Below, in pieces: positions 1 through 12,368 of a stretch of 64,000 nucleotides of DNA (its first letter is position 1; every line of letters starts with the position of its first letter). The position numbers and the translations under genes were made by a program. Source of the DNA: Paraspadella gotoi (taxonomy: Eukaryota > Animalia > Chaetognatha); contig CM119263.1 of the NCBI GenBank assembly GCA_051294375.1, positions 2,842,326-2,906,325 of the forward strand, in the 5' to 3' direction. Below the pieces are notes generated by a model, which was not told the DNA's origin, did no database searches, and saw only the letters and a list, made by a program, of their open reading frames with translations.

Positions 1-978
1 TTTGGGAGAGCGAGGGGTTGTCGGCGACGGAAGCTTTGTGCCAAGCCCAACCTTGAAAAGTGAAAAGCGGTAAGCCGTCGTCCCTGGGCTTCGCATATAT
101 CTGAATCATAAATCATAAATCCCGAGTTGTATATTTAACGAGAGAAAAAAACCAGATTTTAAAAATACTTAGTAAGTTCTGACGGAATTATTGTTAAAAG
201 GATCTATATCTTTCGCAGTATTAAAAAGACCTGGGCGAAAGGATTTTTTTAAAAAAAAATCGAATCGGTATCGAGCGAATTTCGAGTTGCGTCGGTCACG
301 AAAACTGGAAACGGGATTTGCGTGACGTCTTCGCCCCGGTTCTCGGCCGCCGTCTCGACCAATCAGGCGTCGAGGCATCGTTTCCATCTTTCCGTCTTTG
401 ACCAATCGCCGTCCGGGGAATCGTCGGAGCGGGTTTGCCTCGCGACGTCAGCGATCGCGTTCTCATCGGGGGACGAAGCAAGAATATATTTACGGGCATC
501 AGAACGTCAAAAAGAAGAAAAATAGAATGAAATAGATAAAGAGTTTTTTTGATTTTTTTTCTTTAAATGCTACGACTATTTTTTTCTGCGCTAGTGATTT
601 TTTTTCGTAATGATTCTCGTCTATTTGAACGCGTCGAGACGCTGGAAAAAAAAATCCAAAACATGAAAAACAAAAACAAAAACAAAACAAAATGCGACTA
701 ATGAATTCCACTTCTACGTATTTCTAACACGATTTTTTTTCCTATTCTATTTTTATCCTCTGTGCTATTTCCTACTATTTATTTTCCGAGTTTTTCCAGC
801 TTATTTCGTTTTTTCGCATTCTTTAGCAATTTAATATTTTTCGTTGTATTTAACTTGTTAAACGCGGGAAAGGATGAAATGCCTGACTGCATCGTCGTTA
901 GCCTCGCATCGTCGCACTTTCTTTCCTCGACTGTTTCGAAACGAAAGGGGAAAAAGCGCCAGGGTCGTAAAATCGATT

Positions 979-1256
<278 letters not shown>

Positions 1257-1969
1257 AATAATCCCACAGAGAAAAAAAAAAGAAAAACGGAAATTTGGTC
1301 GAACGACGTGGAATCGTTAATGGAAATTCGTTCCGGCGTCTGCGGCGACGGCGTCCCTGTCGTCGGCGAGCGATCAATTGTCGAATCTTCTTTCCGCCCG
1401 CGTTTTATTTTCCGCCCGTGAAATTCGGGATTTTCATTTGTCGGGGAAAGAAAAAAAAAGGGAAACTGCCTTCGCATTAAGTATTCATGTTTTTTTTTAT
1501 CGCCGCAGTAGAAATAAAGATTCGGCTAAGAATTGTGAAATGTGAACAGTTAAGAGATAAACGATTAAGAGAATTTTGATTCAATCTCTCTTTTTTTTAA
1601 GTGCATTGTTCAATTTACATAAGAAGATTATATTTATAAACCTTGCAATAGACAAATCCCAGAAACTCGTTCGCCGTTTTGCTCATCCGCTTTCTCACTC
1701 AAAACCCACCCAGGGGGTCTCCAACCCAAGGTCTCGTTCGTTTGCCTTCGTCAAACATCTGTGTCGTTTGCCAGGTCTCTGCACCCGGTAGATGCAAAGC
1801 AAAGGCCTTTATTATTTTATAAAAGTTACTCGACTTGTCAAAAACCTGGCAGAGGCACGCAATTTAATAATGAGACGAAAACAACCACCCTTTCTTATGA
1901 GTCACCCCAGAGTTTCGAAAAGAAGCATGCAGCGCTTCGCCCGGAACACACCCTCTCGTCGCCGACGAA

Positions 1970-2020
1970 GGAACGAACAAAAACGAACGAACGAACGAAC
2001 GAACGAACGAACGAACGAAC
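1970..2020 (+). repeat. (GAAC)n tetranucleotide microsatellite
   Basis: Direct repeats of gaac/acga visible, with one interruption. Confidence 0.9.
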
Positions 2021-2794
2021 GAGGGACAAAAAAACTTAAGAAAATGGTTAGGATCACATTGTCGCCCACTGATAATTCGATGCAATGACTAAATGTTTTT
2101 TTTTTTACGATCGAAACTAAATTTCAGGTTTTTTTTTCCCCTCGGTTCAGCGGTGGCCGCCTATCGTCTTCCGAGGAGGGAGTCTGTTTTTTAAGTCGTG
2201 ACGAATGAAAAATCCCTTCCGCGATTTTGATTCGGGCCCAATTCCTTATTAACGAGATCGAGAGAGAGAAAAGAGTGAAAGACGAGACAAGAAAACAAGA
2301 AATTCTTTCAGTTTCGTCCAGAAGAAACAGAAAAGAGAGAAAAACAGGGACGACTTTTAAAACTCGCAACAAGGAAAGTCTTTTCTGTCTCTGTCTCTAT
2401 CTCTCTCTCGATCGAGAATTGAGGAAAGGTCATCGAAACGAGATTTTCCGATTCGAAATCTCGACGAATTTCGAGAATCTTCCGTTGGGATTCTCCCGTA
2501 AGCGTAAATTAATAAAAAAAAAAATGGATAGCATCAATTTGGTAAGTTGGAGTTTTGCGCCGTCCCGATCGGTGTCAAATAATCGTCTTTAATAATCATA
2601 ATACAAACAAAAAAATGTTTGTAACATCATATAATGTTTGTAACAAAATAATACAAACAAAGCAATGTCCGTTTTCCTTTTCCCAGAATTTTAGTTTTTA
2701 AAATCCATAAATTATTTACTAAAATTTCAATAAAAAAAAACATTTTCCCCTTTTATCGTCATCCTCCAGATAACGACTCGATCTGCCATCAACG

Positions 2795-5700
2795 ATGGCC
2801 AGCAATCCCACCTACGGCCAATTGCCGCCCATCGTGACGACGGCCGATGTCCACCATCCACTCTTCAAATTCTACAACCCCGCTGGATCCCCCAACGGAT
2901 TTCGTTCCGATGACTCTGGTTCGGAATTGGACACGCCCCGCGCTTTAGAACTCGACCCTCCGCGTCCCCACGCCCCCGATCCTCTCCGGGCGCGCCGCTA
3001 TCCTTTCGGCGCCGACGCCGCGCCCATCGTCGCCCCGGTGCCGCTTCCGCCCAAAACCGGTAGACCTTCGCTACGTTTCGACGAGAATCGAAATCCGAAT
3101 CGGGATCCAGCTGCGCTACTCGGCGATCCAGCGACGCCGCCCGACGACATGGAATTTTACTCGAACTCTCGCCTCTCTGCGGCGCCGACCCCCGATTCTG
3201 CAATGCTTACGCCGGACTCTTCGCCCGACGCCTTTCACGATGCCTTCAATCAACCGCCTCCGCTGCCGATCAGCCCGCCGCCTCTGGTTCCTCCAAAGAC
3301 TCTTCTCGCCTCGGAATCTCCTCTGACGCACCCGGAAGATCCCTTTAACTCGGCGAGAACCCCGACGCCCGTCAGCCCCTTCGTTTCCGCCGACCCATTC
3401 GGCTCCGTGATTCCTCCCGCGCGCGAGGATCCTTTCGGATCTTCGGGTCAAGTGACTCCGGTCAACTCCTTTGGCTCCGCAGGACCCGTCACCCCAGTGG
3501 ACCCCTTCGGATCTTCGAGCCACGTGACTCCAGTCAACGCCTTCGGAAATGCCAGACCGGTCACCCCAGTGGACCCCTTCGGATCTTTGAGCCACGTGAC
3601 TCCGGTCAATGCGTTCGGAAATGCCAGACCGGTCACCCCAGTGGACCCCTTCGGATCTTTGAGCCACGTGACTCCGGTCAATGCCTTTGGCTCCGCAGGA
3701 CCCATCACCCCCATTGACACCTTCGGATCATCGGGCCACGTGACTCCGGTCAACGCCTTCGAAAATGCCAGGCCGGTCACCCCAGTGGACAACTTTGGAT
3801 CTTCGGGCCACGTCACACCCGTTGGATCCGCAAGATCCGTGACCCCTGTCAACGCCTTTGGGTCAGCACGTCCCATCACCCCTCTGAATGCATTTGGAAC
3901 CGCCACCCCCGTCAACCACTCCGTCCCCGAGAGAACTCTCACCCCGGAAGTGTTCGAGGCAATGCAAGGGATCGCTCCGCCCAAGATCCCATTTAATAAT
4001 GGTGAGTTGGTTTTCGTTTTTTAGTTGCGCCGCGAGTGCGCGAGGAGCGACTCTATTTTAGTCACTATTCGGTCTGTCTGTCCTGCTCAAGTTTTAAATG
4101 CTCAGAAGTTTTAAGTTTAAGTTTTAAACGTTCAGAATAAGCATAATATTGTACATAATATAACGTGTTTCTCGTACATTACCACCAAAACATCACATGA
4201 CCAATAATAAATACCTATAATATATTTTCTATTTGGAAACCCTTAAATTATTTGAATTAATGTTAAACAGAAGTAAGTTATAATGAAAATGTTTTATACT
4301 GACCTTATACGTGACCTTGTACCTTGTATCGGTTATTTGTAAATATAAATAAACCAGAAAAGATTTATTACGTATTTGTTTTATACTTGTGGTATATTAT
4401 CATCCATAAATGCAATCATAAAAGACAATTACTGCGGCGCAACACCTTTTAACTCAACGGTTCGTGTTAGTTCAATAGAAAACAAAACTTTGTTAGTCGA
4501 AACTTTTTGGTATTTTTTTTTAAAGGAACGAGTTCAACAACAAATAAAGGTAGTTGTTTTCCAGAAAACATTGAGAAGTCTCCTGATGTTTTTGTTGTTT
4601 TGTCTTGGATCTTCAGACTAGTGGATCTCAGCTTATACGAGAAAATCAAAATGGGTAATTTTGCTAATTTTGGTTCCATTTTTCAACCTCATGGGTTAAC
4701 AATGGAAGCAAGTCTTGTATTAATCTATTCTATAACTAGTAGAACTACATTACAACAAAAAAGGTAGCACCATTTTTAACAAATGAATTCACAGCTTTAT
4801 TTCTTATTTGAATGTCTTCCAATCAATGTAGTTAAAAAAAAGGGATTTAAAAAAAACACGCAACACCCGAGCCTCGAATTTAATCTCAACCAGTGAACCA
4901 TTCTCTTCCAATTATCTCCCAACCCCCAAGGTTTCCACTCGCCCTCCCCCAACACCCTCCCTCATTCCCGCAGTCCCGACCCTTTCGCTCAACAACCCGG
5001 TCAAACGAAGCCGCCTATGCGGCCGCGATCCTTGAAGGCCTCTTCCGGCTCGAGCTTCCGGTCCCTGCCGCGTCGCTTCACGCCCGACACGCCCGACCTC
5101 TCTCGGTCCAGCTCCATGAGGAGCATCAAGGAAGACGTCATGGGCGCCATCTTGACGCATCTGCATCGCGAGGAGGGGTTGACGCGACCGAGGACGTCGA
5201 GTCGGCCCACGTCGATCAGGTTTGGAGCACGGCGGTGATTGTTCTATATTCATAAATAAAATTAAATATAAAATAATCATAATTTGATATCTTGATTGAA
5301 AAGAGTGGTTTTACCATATCTTTCGATTGATTGGATTGATCAGATTAGATAGACAAATCCTTTGTACACTTTGCTTTGTCCCTCTCTCCTTTAATTCTAA
5401 ATTAGAATTTAACTTTAAGAATGTAAGAGCGAGATTCCACCGGTTTTGGATAACAGAGTTAGAAGAATTTCATGAATTTTGTAACAATATTTTTCTTTTA
5501 GAATATTTATAATAATAATAATTTATTGATTTAATATCTCCTCCTCGCCTAAATCCTCTACCAGCTCCCGTCCGCGCTCGACGGCCCGTTCCGTCTCCAG
5601 CGACGAAGACTCCTTCTACACAGCCCGGCGAAGCCCCTTCCGCCCCCGCCACTCCAACGAGCAGAGGCGGGACGACCGGAGGAGCCTCTCCAGCATCGAG

Positions 5701-8700
5701 TCGGAGTCGCTGGGGAAGCCGCACCTCACACTCCCTGATGACGAGAACGTTTGGGTGAGACGAGAGCGAGAGAGAGAGAGCCAGCGAGAGAGCTAAAATA
5801 ATTTGATTCCTGTTTTTTTAAAAAAAGTATTAAAAATGTTTTCGTTCTCACTTCTACTGAAATGTGAAACTGAAATTGTGAAATTGGTGAAATTAGTGCG
5901 TAAATAAATTTGCATAAATTTACCTAAATCCGTTCTTCTATGAAATTGGTACAACCAATATAAAAATTATCCATTCATTTAATAAAATAAGCTATCTTGC
6001 CCCTGACTTTGGACAGGCTTTTTTTTCTCTCTCGAACGTTTCATTTTCTTTAATAAAATTTCTTTTCCTTGCAAAACGTTCATTCTCCTCGTTAATTTGG
6101 TTTTCCCCAGGCGAACCGCAAGCAAAGCCCCATGTACGCGTCTCAAGCATCCTTCGACGACGCCCTCAAACTGATGGTCAACGAGATGAACGCGCGTCAA
6201 TCGACCACCCGCCTCCCCGACGAAGAAGTCCAGCAGGAATCCGAGATGGAGAAGAGCCTCTGGCGCAACAGCGTCGCTTCGCCGGATCTCAGCCCCACCA
6301 GCGCCGCTTCCAGCGTCCAACTACCTCTCAACAACCTCGTCGACACGCCGGACAACCCCGTCTCCACGACGAATCTCTCCGGCGACGGAACCTTCATCGT
6401 GGACAAACCCGTCTTCACCTACGACGACGCCCGCGACGCCGGTCCTTCCACGGGCCTGCACGTCTACAGCGTCTCACAGTCGAACCTTCAGTCAAAGGGC
6501 AAATCTCGACCGTCTCGTCGGTCTCGATTTCCAGAACCGGAAAAGCTCGAGTCTGTGCCTTCAAAGTCGGAACCTGCGATGCTTCGATCACTGAATTCTC
6601 AGCCGCGTCTCGGCGATTCGACGCTGACCGATTTCGAGTCCGACGCGTCCGTCAACGTCCCGTGGACGCCGCAGTCGAACGACGAGCTCTCCGGGCGAGA
6701 TTCCTCTCTGCCGCGACCGAGGTCCAATTCGCTGAAGCTAATGCAGCCGCTGGACGACGACGAATTGGATCGAAGATCGAAATCGATGCCGCGAGATCCT
6801 TCGGAGCCTTTGACTCGAGACGAACCTCGCCGCTCATTCTTCAAACCTCGCAAGACGCCGAGGGGAGTCAAGAAAAAGTCCAAGAAGTCGAGTTTCTCTT
6901 GTCTCTCTTCTGCCGCCAAGGACATTGATGATTTCGACGAAGATCGAAAACCCTTCGGTCCTCCGCGGTCCAAGTCCGAACCCGTCTTTGCTGAAGTCAA
7001 GAGCGAGGAAAACCTCCACGAACCATTGGGAGCAACCTTTAAGGCCGCTTCAAATGAGGGCACTCTGTCTAGTCCCCGAGAGGAGGAGCCCCAACGACCC
7101 GAGATCCGACCCGAGACCAGACCCGAGACCCAACCCGAACCGAAGCCGATGGTCCGCGGCGGCTTCGGCCGATTTTCCAAGTCGAAGGAGTTCAAGAAGG
7201 CGAAGAGCGCGCTGAAGAAAGTCGCCAAGTCTCCCAGCGCCTCGTGCCTGCCGCGGAGCCGGAAAGAAGAGGATCGATACGAAAAGAAAGAGAAGGAGGA
7301 GGAAGAGGAAAAGCCTAAGGAATCGACTCCTGTTCGAAAAGAAGTCGACGATCGCGACGAAAGCTTTGAAACAATCCCCATTCCAAAACCAGAAATCTTC
7401 GTGTCTTCCGCGCCCGCGACGAACGCTTCCGACGAGGTACTCGAACTTCCAAAGACTCCGGAGGACAAACCCCTCGACGCGTTTCCCGCTCTCTCGGACT
7501 CGCTCGATTCGGGACCGCTCAGCCCAGCGGATTCGGACGGTCTTACGCACAGTTGGGACAATACGCCCTTGCAATACGTGGCCGAAGCCGGACTGAGCGA
7601 ACGGGAGGATGAAGAGAAGGCTGAAGAGGAATCCCCGTCGTTCACCGTCAACGAGAAGAACGGCTTTTTGGTCGTATTTTCGAAAGACACTCAGGACGTA
7701 TCGGGATTAAGCGATACGGAAAAATTAAACGAGAGCTCGGAACCGGAACTAAGTTTATATTTTCCGCCTCATGAGGGCGAAAACGAAAAACAAAAGACCA
7801 ACGGCGATGACCAACAATCGAAAGAAAATTTGCTTATTCCTGCAGAGAAGAATAATTATCCGGTGATTCAAGACGAGGAAACTTCGACAAACTTCACAAA
7901 GCCTCTTACGGACCAACTGGCTCTTTCACTTGCCGACGAAGAGGAAAATAGCCGTGATGCCGCGATTAAAGATTTTCTTGATCAATGCATTGAAGACAGC
8001 ATCGTTTTGCTCGAGTCAAAGAAAAAAGGAAGTTTGAATGAAGCCACGAAAATTAAGGAAAAAGAGATAAATATCGAAGATATTCCTCAGATAAGTTTCA
8101 GTAGTGATCAAGATGACGTCGCCGATGATTTAGTCAAACCGATATTTTCAAATGACGACGAACAATTATCTCGTTTACCTCAAGACAATCTCGAAGATGA
8201 ACGTCCGAAAAATCAGGAAGAAAATCTAATTTCGTTGAAAACCGAGTCAGAAAACCCTGTAATAAAGGACTTTCTCGAGGAATGCATGAGGGACTGCTTG
8301 GAAAAAGTAAAAGATAAAGAGAAGAAAGAAGAGGAACAAAAGAAATCAGACGAGGAATTACCACCAACTCCAGTGGTAGAGGACGAAAGGAAAGGTTTTG
8401 ATGAAGACGATTTGCTTTTCAGCAATTTGCCACAACCGAATTGGGAATTGTTGGGGAATAACATGGAGGAGGATCAAGGCACGACGGACGATCTGCTCTT
8501 TAACGAATCCCCGCCGCCGGACGCATTCAAGTCAGATATTGAAACCGAACCATCGTATCTGGTCGATCTTCCAACCGACGACATCTTCGCTCAATTCTCT
8601 CCCGAACTCGACAGGCTCGACACCATAGAGGAAGAGTCCGACGACAGCGGTGAATACGTTTTAAATCACGATGGCTACAATTATTACGGGGAACAATCGA

Positions 8701-11700
8701 GGCCGCATCGACCTCTGCTACAAATCGACGAAGACAAAGACGAAATTCTTTCCGATGAACCTGAAACGGCGGAAGACGAATCTGGAGTTAAATCGTTAAA
8801 ACAGTTGTCGAACAAAGCGTTGGATTGTTTGGTAGATCAAAAATCCGAGGAAATCGTTAAAAAAATCAAGAATGAATTCGATATCTTTTTAACCGAGCCT
8901 TTGTTATCTCAAATTGAAGAATCGGCTAAGGACAAACTGCAGGAGATTTTAGAGGAAGAAAAAGATACTATAAACTATCATTCTATAGAAAAGGGCTTCT
9001 TAGACAAACCGCAATATTCTGTAGACCCCCTTCTGGAAACAACTCCTGTTCAACTTGCCTCGGTTGTTCCTTTAAAAGAAGAAGAGAAATTGAGTCAGGA
9101 ACCCGTTTTAAATGAATCGGAAAAGGAAAACCTGCCATTGATGAAAGACAATAGCAACGCTCTTCCAGATGATAAATTTGCGAATTATCCATTTTTTAAT
9201 CCGACTCCGTTAAACGTTTTGGACGATCCCGTCGAATTAGCAAATATTGACGATCCTCGCAAATCGGAAGATACTACAAGTTTAAATAGTTCCAAACATC
9301 CGTTAGATTTGCCAGACATTGAAAATTTAGTTGGAGATTTAATTACAAACTCTTCTCGACCATTCACGGAAACTGAGGATCAACAGTCAACCAAAAAAAA
9401 TTCTAGAGAAACGGGAAATGATAAAGAGAAAGTTATCGGAGAATTAGATTTAAATTCGATTCAAGACAACACGTTTAAAAATATTGACGATGCCAGACCT
9501 TTAGGCATTGAAGAGACCCTTGAAGGACTAGATAAACCCAAGGAGGAAGAAAAGTTTTACGAAAATCGTGATCCAAATATCGATTTTGAGAAAAACGGAA
9601 CAGTAGCTGATGATAAGACGCAAGAAGATCCCTATCCAACTGAATTTCTTGCACCAAAAGGTTTTCCGAAGAACGAGGACGAGATGCTTGCAAAAACAAT
9701 TTCGGACGCAGAATTAAATTTTTGCCCTAGTTATAATTTAAATGAACCTTCATCCAAAAACGATGACGATCACGAGCCTAATCATTTTCGTTCGGAAGAG
9801 GAGAAGGAAGTTGTTAATGAAAAACTAAATTTACCGGATGTTAAAAATTTGGTTGACGAGTCGATTTTAAATTCCTCCCTGACAAAAGATGCCGACTTAT
9901 TAGCGAGCGAGCCATATCGAGAATCCACATTGGATTCAATCAATGAATTAAATTCCTCAGAAAACCTTCGGGCCTCAGAAGCCAATCAAAAATTCAAGTT
10001 TGACGAAATCCCGCAAGCAGAAGGGAATGATGAATTCAATGAAACCAATAATGTCCCACCCCTTGAAATACATGAAATCAGTGAACCCATTAAAATTCTA
10101 GCCATTGGGAAAAATGAAATCGGTGAACCCGATCAAATTGGAAAAGATGAAATCAGTGAACCCGATCAAATTGGAAAAGATGAAATCAGTGAACCCGATC
10201 AAATTGGAAAAGATGAAATCAGTGAACCCGATCAACTTGGAAAAGATGAAATCAGTGAACCCATTAAAATTCTAGCCATTGGGAAAAATGAAATCGGTGA
10301 ACCCGATCAACTTGGAAAAGATAAAATCAGTGAACCCGATCAAATTGGAAAAGATGAAATCAGTGAACCAGATCAAATTTTACCATCTGAAAAAAATTTA
10401 TTAACACCAGACAAAACTCCAAATCAAATCCCTAGCGCTGATAAAATGAAAGATGAAGTACCCAGCTCTGAAAACGATTTTAGTTCACCTGACGAATTAA
10501 CTCCCTCTGAAAAAGATGAAGTTATTGAACAAATTCCTAGCACAGAAATAAATATCAGCAAGCCTGATCGAATTATAGACTCAGATACGGAAAAGAAAAG
10601 TGAACCCGATCAAAAGCCAATCACTGAACACAAGATCAGTGCCCCTGAAAAAATGTTCAACTCTGAAAAAAATGACCTCAGTTCACCTGACGAAATACCT
10701 TGCTCTGAAAAAGACAATGTTAATGATCAAGACAATATCAGCACACCTGATCAAGTCATAGACCCAGATTCGGAAAAGAAATTTGCACCCGATCAAACAA
10801 CCCCTTCTGCAGACGATCCTTCAGAGGAGAAGCCCCCTAGAGCAGTCACTTTTGATTTGCCAGAAATCAAGGAACCACCTGCAAGAGATACCGAAAATGA
10901 TGACGTTGACAGTTCAGACGATTTGCCCTTTCTAAGCGCGGACGAAACCGAGGAACCTCCTTTTCCGATCGACCCGAAATACTTCGAAGACTTCCCCAGT
11001 CTCCGGACACTGTCTCAATCTCGTGTGAATTCGAACGTGGAGTTGATCGTCGACATGAGAGTCTCCCAAGTCGCCTCCAAACACGATCTCAACAACGTGA
11101 CGACCCGACGAATCAAGAACAACGTCAACAAGGGAATATTGCAGCATTTGGAGTCGGTGGTGGCGGGAAATCCCCAGGGCCTCGTCGAGCGATTCGAGAA
11201 GCAGCGGGAGGAGGAAAAACAGTCTCGTCGCTATCCGCCGCAGTCGGACAGCGCGCAGGAGACGCCGACAAACTCTCCGCGAGCCTCAGTGGTCGGCCTC
11301 CCTTTTTTCGACGATCCAGACAAAGATCCCTACTCGCCGGAAAATTTCTTGTCGATGCTGCAAAACGGCTCGTCGGGTCTCGACGACGTCGACAGTGACC
11401 TCATCTCCGACAGCGAGAGCGACTCCACGTTGGATTCAGACAATTGGGCGTCGGCCGCAATGTCCGATCTGGCAGACTCGGAGAACAGCGATTCTACGTT
11501 GACGGGGGCGCCCTCGGGACGGCGACGGGTGCCGACGACCACGAAAGAGCTCGACGCCATGTATAACAAGCTGCTGCAGAAGCACAAGGAGTTGGGCGTG
11601 TCGGAGACGAGCGAGAGCGAGGACTATCTCACGGCCGAAGAGGATTGGCTCAATGGCGATTGGTTTTCCGATGACGCTAATTCGGATCTAAAAAACAATT

Positions 11701-11771
11701 CGTATCTCGCTTATACGCAGAACCGGGCGAGGATCAAACTGCAGCAGGGACGATCCCCTAAACGAAATTAG
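2795..11771 (+). CDS. Large (~2448 aa) disordered Ser/Pro-rich then Asp/Glu-rich protein, uncharacterised, possibly an AKAP-like scaffold; exons 2795-4001, 4931-5219, 5565-5754, 6111-11771
   Basis: Four exons join in frame through GT-AG junctions (phases 1,2,0): ...PFNNG|FHSPSP...RPTSIS|SRPRSTAR...DDENVW|ANRKQSPMYAS. An in-frame TAA at 2771 precedes ATG 2795, and an upstream donor (2542) and acceptor (2768-2769) imply a 5' non-coding exon. The last exon is a 5.66-kb uninterrupted ORF. No recognisable globular domain. Confidence 0.8.
3448..3920 (+). repeat. Coding tandem repeat, 36-bp unit with 72-bp higher order, encoding (x-V/I-T-P-V-D/N-P/A-F-G-S/N-x-x)n, about 13 units
   Basis: Translation shows PVTPVDPFGSLSHVTPVNAFGNAR repeated, with near-identical DNA units. 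Confidence 0.95.
10074..10378 (+). repeat. Coding 33-bp tandem repeat encoding (DEISEPDQIGK)n with two interspersed EISEPIKILAIGKN variants
   Basis: gatgaaatcagtgaacccgatcaaattggaaaa repeated almost exactly inside the large exon. Confidence 0.95.
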
Positions 11772-12368
11772 ATTATATCCACTCGCTTGGTGTTTTGTTT
11801 ATGTAAACAATTATTTTAAACTGTTCTCCGCGATTGGTAAAAAGTATTGTTGTGTTGTATATTGCGCAGTCAACGGCATGAAAATAACGACTGTAGTTTG
11901 TTTTCGATAAACTATACCATTTTACAATATATCCGAAAGAGGATCGTTTTAAAAATTTAATTTAATATGTCAGTAAACTGGTTTGTTTTTAAAAGAAATT
12001 ACCTCAGTGAAAAGGTACATAAAAGAAGAAAATTGCGACAGCCGTTAGCAAAAAGGTTTTAAACTTTTTTGCTTTTCTAGAAAGTTTTTCCAATTTTGCT
12101 AATTGTATTACAATTTGAGGCGGTACAGATATATAATCGAACAATGGAATAACATTGCCGTCGTCGAGTAGCTAGCTGGGGACGAAGACCCGCTAGACTC
12201 TCTACCGAAATCGTCACTAATCATCACGAGTTTTACAACATAACTACATTAGTTTTACTGCTTGAAGCAAATATCACATATAGAAATGTCGAGAATTTCT
12301 AGGCCGACAGAAAGAGGAGAGAGAGGGAAGAGAGAGAGAAGAGAGGAGAAGAAAGAAAAGGTGGAGCG

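Noticed and set aside
2524-2541. ATG GAT AGC ATC AAT TTG|gtaagt as the first coding exon of the large gene
   Set aside because: Splicing to the acceptor at 2770 is out of frame with the main ORF and stops near 2911; at most an overlapping uORF in a 5' exon.
3448-3920. Regularly spaced repeats as a CRISPR array (also considered for 10074-10378, 36095-36345, 57944-58280)
   Set aside because: Units are contiguous with no unique spacers, have lengths divisible by three, and lie in an intron-containing eukaryotic locus without cas genes.
3116-7690. Long minus-strand ORFs (3116-3667, 3448-3984, 6599-7690, 7050-7574)
   Set aside because: Antisense shadows of the GC-rich plus-strand gene. The same applies to 19102-19731 and 20729-21361 over AIF.
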